Of a stretch of DNA of 6,038 nucleotides, positions 1 to 4,950 are shown piece by piece. The number at the start of each line of letters is the position of its first letter. Position 1 is the first letter of the stretch. A program made the translations under genes and the position numbers. This stretch comes from an uncultured archaeon (GTDB lineage Archaea; Iainarchaeota; Iainarchaeia; Iainarchaeales; Iainarchaeaceae). The DNA is taken from NCBI GenBank assembly GCA_964577555.1, contig CAZNZM010000014.1:1-6038 (forward strand), in the 5' to 3' direction. The notes beneath the pieces were generated by a model that had not been told where the DNA came from, searched no databases, and saw only the letters and a program-made list of their open reading frames with translations.

Positions 1-28
1 TTTTTTTTGTGAGCCGTTTTTTTGTCAT
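1..28 (+). repeat. Intergenic T-tract/GAGCC repeat, copy A
   Basis: T8 GTGAGCCG T7 GTCAT. Truncated by the window edge. Confidence 0.7.
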
Positions 29-86
29 TTTTCTTTTTTTTTTGAATTCTTTTTTTTGTTAATTATTTTTTTTTGATTGGATTTTG

Positions 87-111
87 TTTTTTTTTGTTGG
101 GCGTTTTTTTT
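87..111 (+). repeat. Intergenic T-tract/GAGCC repeat, copy B (degenerate core)
   Basis: T9 GTTGGGCG T8. Confidence 0.5.
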
Positions 112-120
112 GTTTTGTAA

Positions 121-138
121 TTTGTGAGCGTTTTTTTT
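121..138 (+). repeat. Intergenic T-tract/GAGCC repeat, copy C (core lacks one C)
   Basis: TTT GTGAGCG T8. Confidence 0.55.
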
Positions 139-169
139 CAAATATTTTTTTAATTATGTTTTTGATTGT

Positions 170-1483
170 TTATTTTTTTATTTGTTTTTTTTCTTTTTGT
201 TCAACCCATTTTATTTTAAGGAAGTGGCTTGCACAACTCATGCACGGGTCGTATGCCCTTACAAGCTTTTCAATTTTGTATTGTATTTTATCTTTGTCTT
301 CTTCAATCATTTCTTGCACAATATTTTTTATGTCTTTTTCAATGCTTATTTGGTTTTGTTGCGTTGGAACTATCACGGTTGCCCTGTCTATTATGCCATT
401 TGCATTTAAAGAAACTTTATAATAAAGAGTGCCCCTTGGAGCCTCTATAACGCCTATTCCAGTTCCTTCTTTTGGTTTTATTTGAGGCAAGTTTTCTGGT
501 TCGAATTTGTGGTTTGTGAGAATTTCAATTGAATGGTCAATGCTGTGCAAAATTTCTATTGCTTGTGCAAGATTGTTGTCAAAAACATTGTTTGAAGGAA
601 AACGCTTCAAATACTTTTTTGCATCTCTTTTAGTGTTTTTATGCAAAGAGTTTTTTCCTAAGTTCAATCTTGCAAGCGCACCAACAAAAAAATCTCCTCC
701 TTCGAAATCGTAACCTGTTGCGGTTGAATAAGGTATAACCACTTTGTGCAAATGTTTGTTGTAATCCTTTTCTTCAACGGAAAGCCCTGAAGAACTCTTT
801 ATTTTTCCTATGAGAAAACTGAAATCTTCGGTAGTGAGGGCGACAAAATTGGAGTTCCTTTCAAGCCGTTCCTTCCAATTGTAATAAACATCTATCAATT
901 TGATGACTTTTGGCCTTATGGCTTTTAGGCTTTCAACAACTTTTTTTGCTTCTTCGTTGGATGGTACTTTGGCAAACCCTCCTATTGTGGGATATGGAGC
1001 GTGAACAGCTTTGCCGGCAACCAATACGCACAAATCGTTTCCGGCTTTTTTTACAGCAAAAGCATCATGCAACAATTCGTGTTCCACCTCGTTTTCTTCG
1101 TTGAATTCAAGTATTGAGTCTTTGTTGAAGACATCAGGCAATGAAAACAAGTAAAGATGTAATGCATGGTCCCTAATCATAAGCCCGTAAGTCGCAAGTT
1201 TTTTCAATAAAATTGTTTGATGCGAAGGTTCAACTCCTAAAGCCTTTTCAACAGCTTCAATGCAACACATTAAGTGTGCAATGCTACATGTTCCGCAAAT
1301 ACGTGACATTAATTGTGGCGCAGCCTTGAAATTTTTTCCCCTTGCCGCTTCTTCAAAAAACCTTTTGTTTTCTGTTATGCTGAATTTCACATTTTCGACT
1401 TTTTTGTTTTTTACTTTGACATAAAGTTTTGCATGCCCCTCTATTTTGCTTATGTTGTCCATGGTTATGTCAAAACTATGCAT
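170..1483 (-). CDS. [NiFe]-hydrogenase large (catalytic) subunit, cytosolic group 3-like
   Basis: The minus-strand ORF runs 170..1492 from a GTG at 1492. I prefer the ATG at 1483, which overlaps the upstream stop as ATGCATAG. It has the N-terminal ISKIEGH motif, the proximal metal-binding RICGTCSIAH (RxCGxCxxxH) and the C-terminal DPCMSCASH (DPCxxCxxH). A 17-aa tail (FLKIKWVEQKEKKQIKK) follows, of the kind normally removed by a maturation endopeptidase. The length of ~437-440 aa is typical of group 3 alpha subunits. Confidence 0.9.
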   Translation of the reverse strand: MHSFDITMDNISKIEGHAKLYVKVKNKKVENVKFSITENKRFFEEAARGKNFKAAPQLMSRICGTCSIAHLMCCIEAVEKALGVEPSHQTILLKKLATYGLMIRDHALHLYLFSLPDVFNKDSILEFNEENEVEHELLHDAFAVKKAGNDLCVLVAGKAVHAPYPTIGGFAKVPSNEEAKKVVESLKAIRPKVIKLIDVYYNWKERLERNSNFVALTTEDFSFLIGKIKSSSGLSVEEKDYNKHLHKVVIPYSTATGYDFEGGDFFVGALARLNLGKNSLHKNTKRDAKKYLKRFPSNNVFDNNLAQAIEILHSIDHSIEILTNHKFEPENLPQIKPKEGTGIGVIEAPRGTLYYKVSLNANGIIDRATVIVPTQQNQISIEKDIKNIVQEMIEEDKDKIQYKIEKLVRAYDPCMSCASHFLKIKWVEQKEKKQIKK

Positions 1484-1961
1484 TTGTGACACCGAATTCT
1501 TTCATGTATTTTTCCAGAACCTTGATAAAAGTCTCTTCAATCATCGGGCAGCCGCCCACATAGTCATCAACTTTAACCACTTCATCAACTCTTTTGACAA
1601 CTTTGTTTAATAAGTATTTTTCAACCATTGGAGCAATTTCATTCTTTAATTCATCGTTGAAATTGTTCCTTTGCCCTGCAGGACTGCCGGTGACGGCACA
1701 AGAACCTATTGCAACAAGTTTTTTGCAATTCGCCCTTATTTTTTTTAATTCTTCAGCATCGTGCTTGTTCGCTATTGCACCCTCCACGAAAGCAACATCC
1801 ATATCCTTGATCTCGCTTTTTGATTTTAGCACCCTGATGCTTTTGAAATCAATTAATTTGAACCATTTCTCGTAATTGTCATTAAGCAGTTCAGTGAAAA
1901 CTATTGTACTGTCTTCGCAACACGAAAAAGAAAACCACCCTATTTTAAGTTTTTTTTGCAT
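1476..1961 (-). CDS. [NiFe]-hydrogenase small subunit, short form with only proximal-cluster cysteines
   Basis: The ORF track starts at a TTG (1970); the ATG at 1961 (MQKKLKIGWF...) is the more likely start. Small-subunit / NuoB-like motifs are GWFSFSCCEDS, AIGSCAVTGSPAG and GGCP. There are only 5 Cys in total, enough for one [4Fe-4S] cluster. The stop overlaps the large-subunit start, which suggests translational coupling. Confidence 0.85.
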   Translation of the reverse strand: MQKKLKIGWFSFSCCEDSTIVFTELLNDNYEKWFKLIDFKSIRVLKSKSEIKDMDVAFVEGAIANKHDAEELKKIRANCKKLVAIGSCAVTGSPAGQRNNFNDELKNEIAPMVEKYLLNKVVKRVDEVVKVDDYVGGCPMIEETFIKVLEKYMKEFGVTNA

Positions 1962-2042
1962 ATAATTCAAAAAAATAACGAACCGAGTCTTTTTATTCTT
2001 TTTCTAAAATTCTTGCAAAACATCCATTTTTTTTGCTTTTCA

Positions 2043-2588
2043 TTAAAAAATTTTTCCAGTTTTTTCCGCAAATTCCATTGCTTTTGGTTTGCTTATTTTT
2101 TCAACAATCATGCCTCTGTGTATGACTACGAATTCTCCTTTTTTTACGCTTTGCTCAAAATCCGTTGAAACTTTTTGCAATCCAATTGCAGTTTTAACTG
2201 TCGCTTTGTCTTTGATTTTTTCAATTACTATTCCTGGAAAAGTTTTGCAATACTCCGGATCAAAATCCCGCATTAATTCGTATCTTTCTTTTATAACATT
2301 GTCGTGTCCCAACCAGAAATAATTTCTTATGATATTTTTTGTTATTCTATTTCCGTTTTCAATTGCCAATGCCGCACATTTGGCGTAAGCCACTTTGAAA
2401 ATTTTTTCAGGTTCGCCTTCCGGTAATTTTCCAGACTTTATCATTGAATAGAGTTTTTCATACTGGCTTTTTGAAATAGAATTTCTTTTTACAAGAGTTG
2501 TGGCGCAAGGCACGGCATATTTCAAAAACAACAATTTGTCTTTTTTATCCATAATAAAAACTGGTTCTTTTTGTTTTGTTTTTTTCAT
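2043..2588 (-). CDS. Fusion protein: unrecognised N-terminal ~110-aa domain + C-terminal HypC/HupF-like domain
   Basis: ATG start at 2588, 181 aa. Residues 113-181 (YCKTFPGIVIEKI...KKGEFVVIHRGMIVEKI) align position-for-position with HypC (MC-x3-PG-x-V ... V-x-V-H-x-G). They also align with the neighbouring 72-aa HypC. I could not assign the helical-looking N-terminal part (AVPCATTLV...AKCAALAIENG...FWLGHDNV) to any family from memory. Confidence 0.7.
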   Translation of the reverse strand: MKKTKQKEPVFIMDKKDKLLFLKYAVPCATTLVKRNSISKSQYEKLYSMIKSGKLPEGEPEKIFKVAYAKCAALAIENGNRITKNIIRNYFWLGHDNVIKERYELMRDFDPEYCKTFPGIVIEKIKDKATVKTAIGLQKVSTDFEQSVKKGEFVVIHRGMIVEKISKPKAMEFAEKTGKIF

Positions 2589-2634
2589 TTTGAAACCCCG
2601 TATTATTTTTAATATTCAACCATTGTTTTGTTTG

Positions 2635-2657
2635 TTTTTGGCGAGCCGTTTTTTTGT
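2635..2657 (+). repeat. Intergenic T-tract/GAGCC repeat, copy D
   Basis: T5 GGCGAGCCG T7 GT. Confidence 0.7.
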
Positions 2658-2677
2658 GGTTGATGTTTTTTACAAGC

Positions 2678-2698
2678 TTTTTTTTAGCCAATTTTTTT
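2678..2698 (+). repeat. Intergenic T-tract/GAGCC repeat, copy D2 (short core)
   Basis: T8 AGCCAA T7. The core tail matches copy E (GAGCCAA). Confidence 0.5.
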
Positions 2699-2739
2699 AG
2701 TGTTTTTTTGCAGCTTTTGCAGTTTGTTTCTGCTTTTAT

Positions 2740-2958
2740 TTATTTTTTTATTCCAAAGGCTTTTTTTCTTGAATTTATTATGGATAGAGCTTCTTTATTT
2801 TCAAGCTTCTCCACAACAAGCCCTGCAGCGCAAGAAACATAATCGCCTTCTTTCAGTTTAACAATTCCTGGATTCAACTCTTGTTTTTTTCCATTAATTT
2901 CTACAACGCAAGACTTTTGTTTTACTTTTATGACCTTGCCAACTATCGTAATGCACAT
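2740..2958 (-). CDS. hypC: Hydrogenase maturation chaperone HypC/HupF family
   Basis: 72 aa beginning MCITIVGKVIKV, with the obligatory Cys at position 2. It shows the beta-rich OB-like pattern ...VVEINGKKQEL...LKEGDYVSCAAGLVVEKL, has the typical size, and lies next to hydrogenase structural genes. Its ATG is only 8 nt after the stop of the upstream permease. Confidence 0.8.
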   Translation of the reverse strand: MCITIVGKVIKVKQKSCVVEINGKKQELNPGIVKLKEGDYVSCAAGLVVEKLENKEALSIINSRKKAFGIKK

Positions 2959-2966
2959 AAACTCAA

Positions 2967-3887
2967 CTATGCTTTTTTCAGCTTCAAAAACTTGGAATTT
3001 GCCAAATCAACCAAACTTGCAAAATAACCTGTGCCAAGAATAATGCCGCATCCTAAAATTATCAAAACAAACCCTAAAGCATCATTTGCTGAAATTAAAG
3101 TGCCTGAAAAAACCAGTGAAAGAACAGCAGTTATTGGCTGGCCCAAAGCAAGAAGCGCGGCAGCAACGCTGGCTCTTACATATTTCAAGCCAGTATAATA
3201 AAAAAACACGTAAAAGAAAAGCAATATGCCGGTAACAAAAATCCAAATAATTTGGTCAGTATTAAGCGCGGCAATGTCATTCAATTGCCCTGTAAAAGCC
3301 AAAAAAGCCAGCATTATTATAGAACCAAAAAACATTCTTCCAAATGCAACAATTCTGCCATAGCTTTGTTCCAAAAACTTTTTTGAAAGAACATTTTCCA
3401 AACCCCACAAGATCACTGCAATTAAAATAATTGCATCAGCCAAACCAAAACCAGAAAATTTTGAAAACAAAATAAAATTTCCTATAAGAAGCAATACAGC
3501 TCCTATAATCAGTTCTTTGTTTATTTTTTCTTTAAGAAAGAGAAAACCAAATATCAGAACCCAAACAAAAAGTGTTTTATGAATGAAACCAGCGTTTATT
3601 GCGGAAGTCAATTTCAAGCCATAAAAGTAAAGCAAAAAAGGAACGCTGCCGCCGACCAAGCCTATTAATGCCAATTGCCCCCATTGGCGAAAATCAAGTT
3701 TTTTCAAATTTTTTAGTTCGCCCAAAATAAGTATGAGGGAAACCAAGAGCAATGCCACAATAGTATTTTTCATTGTTGTAAAAACAAATGCGTTCATTCC
3801 TCCAACAGCATACTTGTTAAGAAAAATACTGATGCCGCTGACCAATGCGGTCATTAGTATAAATGCTATTCCGCGATTTTCGTTCAT
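2967..3887 (-). CDS. EamA/DMT (drug/metabolite transporter) family permease
   Basis: 306 aa with about 10 hydrophobic helices arranged as two similar halves. EamA-type signatures include GLVGGSVPFLLYFYGLKLTSAINAGFIHKT and FLFLKEKINKELIIGAVLLLIGNFIL. ATG start at 3887. Confidence 0.8.
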   Translation of the reverse strand: MNENRGIAFILMTALVSGISIFLNKYAVGGMNAFVFTTMKNTIVALLLVSLILILGELKNLKKLDFRQWGQLALIGLVGGSVPFLLYFYGLKLTSAINAGFIHKTLFVWVLIFGFLFLKEKINKELIIGAVLLLIGNFILFSKFSGFGLADAIILIAVILWGLENVLSKKFLEQSYGRIVAFGRMFFGSIIMLAFLAFTGQLNDIAALNTDQIIWIFVTGILLFFYVFFYYTGLKYVRASVAAALLALGQPITAVLSLVFSGTLISANDALGFVLIILGCGIILGTGYFASLVDLANSKFLKLKKA

Positions 3888-3913
3888 GAAACCCTTTAAA
3901 AGTAAAAATAAAA

Positions 3914-3923
3914 ATTAATATAA
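3914..3923 (-). promoter_or_regulatory. Candidate TATA box of the EamA-hypC transcription unit
   Basis: The minus strand reads TTATATTAAT, 27-36 nt upstream of the ATG at 3887. Confidence 0.35.
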
Positions 3924-3968
3924 TTATTTTGGCTTGGGACGATATTGTCTTGTATTTTTTTAGGTTGA

Positions 3969-3994
3969 TTTTTTTTGCGAGCCAATTTTTTGTC
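3969..3994 (+). repeat. Intergenic T-tract/GAGCC repeat, copy E
   Basis: T8 GCGAGCCAA T6 GTC. Confidence 0.7.
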
Positions 3995-4040
3995 TTTTTT
4001 GGAGATTGTTTTAGCGGGACATTTTTTTTGGTTTTGCTTT

Positions 4041-4057
4041 AAAAGAATTAGAAAAGC
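4041..4057 (-). terminator. Oligo-T terminator of the 5S rRNA gene
   Basis: The minus strand directly after the 5S 3' end reads GCTTTTCTAATTCTTTT. These two T4 runs are the archaeal intrinsic termination signal type. Confidence 0.55.
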
Positions 4058-4175
4058 GATTAGCAGCGTCAAAGCCGCTCCGTTCAACAGAACAGTGCAG
4101 ACAAAATCGCTGGCAGTCTTAACTTCCGGGTTCGGAATGAGACCGGGTGTTTCCCTGCCGCTATGGCCGCTAATC
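4058..4175 (-). rRNA. rrf: 5S ribosomal RNA (118 nt)
   Basis: The reverse complement reads GATTAGCGGCCATAGCGGCAGGGAAACACCCGGTCTCATTCCGAACCCGGAAGTTAAGACTGCCAGCGAT...GACGCTGCTAATC. This contains the universal 5S blocks CCATAGCGG, CCGAACCCGGAAGTTAAG and CCAGCG. The termini pair as a 9-bp helix I (GATTAGCGG / CTGCTAATC, one G-U). GGCAG/CUGCC forms helix II, and CUGUUC-UGUU-GAACGG forms a helix IV hairpin. A TATA box lies ~26-30 nt upstream and oligo-T runs follow immediately downstream. Confidence 0.95.
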
Positions 4176-4200
4176 AAAAACAATTTATCCACATGCAATG

Positions 4201-4208
4201 TTTAAATA
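4201..4208 (-). promoter_or_regulatory. TATA box of the 5S rRNA promoter
   Basis: The minus strand reads TATTTAAA immediately after the tbp stop codon (4213..4211). Its 3' edge lies 26 nt upstream of the 5S helix-I start at 4175, matching the archaeal -30..-23 TATA position for a start site around 4178. The preceding sequence is purine-rich and BRE-like (AGAAGAGTAAAG). Confidence 0.55.
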
Positions 4209-4210
4209 CT

Positions 4211-4795
4211 TTACTCTTCTTTGTATTTCTCTTTTTTTGTTCCCTTGCCGCCTTTTTCCTGGTTAATTTCTTTAATCATTTTGGCTGCTTTTTTTAGCCC
4301 TTTTTTAAGGAGTTCTTCGTTTTTTGCGCCAGCGCAAATTAGTTTGCCGTTCTTGAATAAAAGCAAAGTCAATTTTGGATCGTGTATCCTGAGTATTGCT
4401 CCAGGAAACTGTTCAGGTTCGTATTCAACGTTGTCCGATTCCATCGCTGTTTTGAACAAGTCAAGGTTCATTTTCAGGTTTGCGGTAGTAACCAAATTTA
4501 CTACTGTGTAATCAGCGTTTTTTTGAACTTTAACTCCTTTTTGAATTTCATGTATCATCTTTGACGCTTTGTAAATAGCCAATGGAATTTGACTTTCGCT
4601 GCTTGCCCCAGAACAAATGACTTTTCCATTTTTGAAAAGCAGCATTGAAACTTTTGGTTCTTTGAGTTTTAGTATTGCACCTGGAAATTGCTCTGGCTCG
4701 TATTCCACGCTTGGAATGGAAACAGCCAAGTTGTAAAGGTCAATGTTGGTATTAAGGTTCGCTGAAGCGACAATATTGACAATAGTGTATTGCAT
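4211..4795 (-). CDS. tbp: TATA-box-binding protein (archaeal TBP)
   Basis: 194 aa with the two TBP direct repeats. Each repeat contains VEYEPEQFPGAIL and LLFKNGK(V/L)IC(S/A)GA, preceded by IVNIVASANL / VVNLVTTANL. ATG start at 4795, preceded by the SD-like TGGGGGAT. Confidence 0.95.
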   Translation of the reverse strand: MQYTIVNIVASANLNTNIDLYNLAVSIPSVEYEPEQFPGAILKLKEPKVSMLLFKNGKVICSGASSESQIPLAIYKASKMIHEIQKGVKVQKNADYTVVNLVTTANLKMNLDLFKTAMESDNVEYEPEQFPGAILRIHDPKLTLLLFKNGKLICAGAKNEELLKKGLKKAAKMIKEINQEKGGKGTKKEKYKEE

Positions 4796-4822
4796 TTTTT
4801 ATCCCCCAAAACCTTTTCGGTT

Positions 4823-4864
4823 CTATTAAAAGCCTTTAAAAACCTTTAAAAATGTATTTAAAAA
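4823..4864. promoter_or_regulatory. Array of four TATA-like boxes in the tbp / membrane-ORF divergent spacer
   Basis: CTATTAAAAG (4823-4832), CCTTTAAAAA (4833-4842), CCTTTAAAAA (4843-4852) and TGTATTTAAAAA (4853-4864). The middle two are an exact 10-bp tandem duplication. A fifth box, CATTTAAAATT, lies at 4878-4888. The boxes sit 28-70 nt upstream of the tbp ATG (4795). Confidence 0.45.
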
Positions 4865-4950
4865 CCAGTTGGAAAGGCATTTAAAATTATTTTGTCTTTT
4901 TTGGGCTTTTCATGTGCCTGTTTTTTTAATTAATTGTTTGTAAATATTTT

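Noticed and set aside
84-1104. + strand ORFs 84..422, 182..409, 229..450, 507..713 and 910..1104, antisense to the hydrogenase large subunit.
   Set aside because: They are F/L/I/C-rich shadows of a strongly supported minus-strand gene or of T-rich spacer, with no motifs.
2635-2660. Copy D read on the minus strand gives TKKRLAKN, reminiscent of the N-terminal KKRLAK segment of archaeal ribosomal protein L39e.
   Set aside because: That frame has a TAA a few codons upstream and a TGA after 13 codons. It has no start codon and nothing resembling the rest of L39e. The resemblance is a coincidence of Lys-rich low complexity.
2655-2740. Possible C/D-box sRNA (GTTGATGT at 2659-2666, TGATGT at 5925-5930).
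   Set aside because: There is no exact RUGAUGA C box paired with a CUGA D box at the proper spacing, and no terminal stem.
2589-2742. In-frame continuation after the hypC TAA stop (IKAETNCKSCKKTLKKLAKKKLVKN...), containing a CxxC and running 63 codons into the next gene.
   Set aside because: There is no evidence for stop-codon read-through or recoding. All other genes here terminate normally with the standard code. The open frame is again explained by the A-rich spacer.
1594-3918. + strand ORFs 1594..1875, 1956..2168, 2089..2322, 2500..2700, 2654..2842 and 3733..3918.
   Set aside because: All are antisense to well-supported minus-strand genes or span T-rich spacers. Their composition is the low-complexity hydrophobic pattern expected from translating the T-rich strand.
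3896-4198. 100-aa minus-strand ORF (MHVDKLFLISGHSGRETPGLIPNPEV...) and the antisense 76-aa ORF at 3975..4205.
   Set aside because: Both lie across the 5S rRNA gene (4058-4175). The higher-GC part that makes them look gene-like is the rRNA. The remainder is Lys-rich read-through of A-rich spacer, including repeat copy E (KKDKKLARKK).
4221-4564. + strand ORFs 4221..4511 and 4382..4564.
   Set aside because: They are antisense shadows of the tbp gene.
4385-4725. Direct DNA repeat within 4211-4795 (for example 4385-4440 versus 4675-4725).
   Set aside because: This is the well-known internal domain duplication of TBP. The copies differ at many synonymous sites, so it is not a recent duplication or a mobile element.
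4895-4913. TTTTTTGGGCTTTTCATG, a weak look-alike of repeat copy B in the divergent tbp spacer.
   Set aside because: The core is only GGGC, the T-tracts are short and the GAGCC signature is missing. It is too degenerate to count as a tenth copy.
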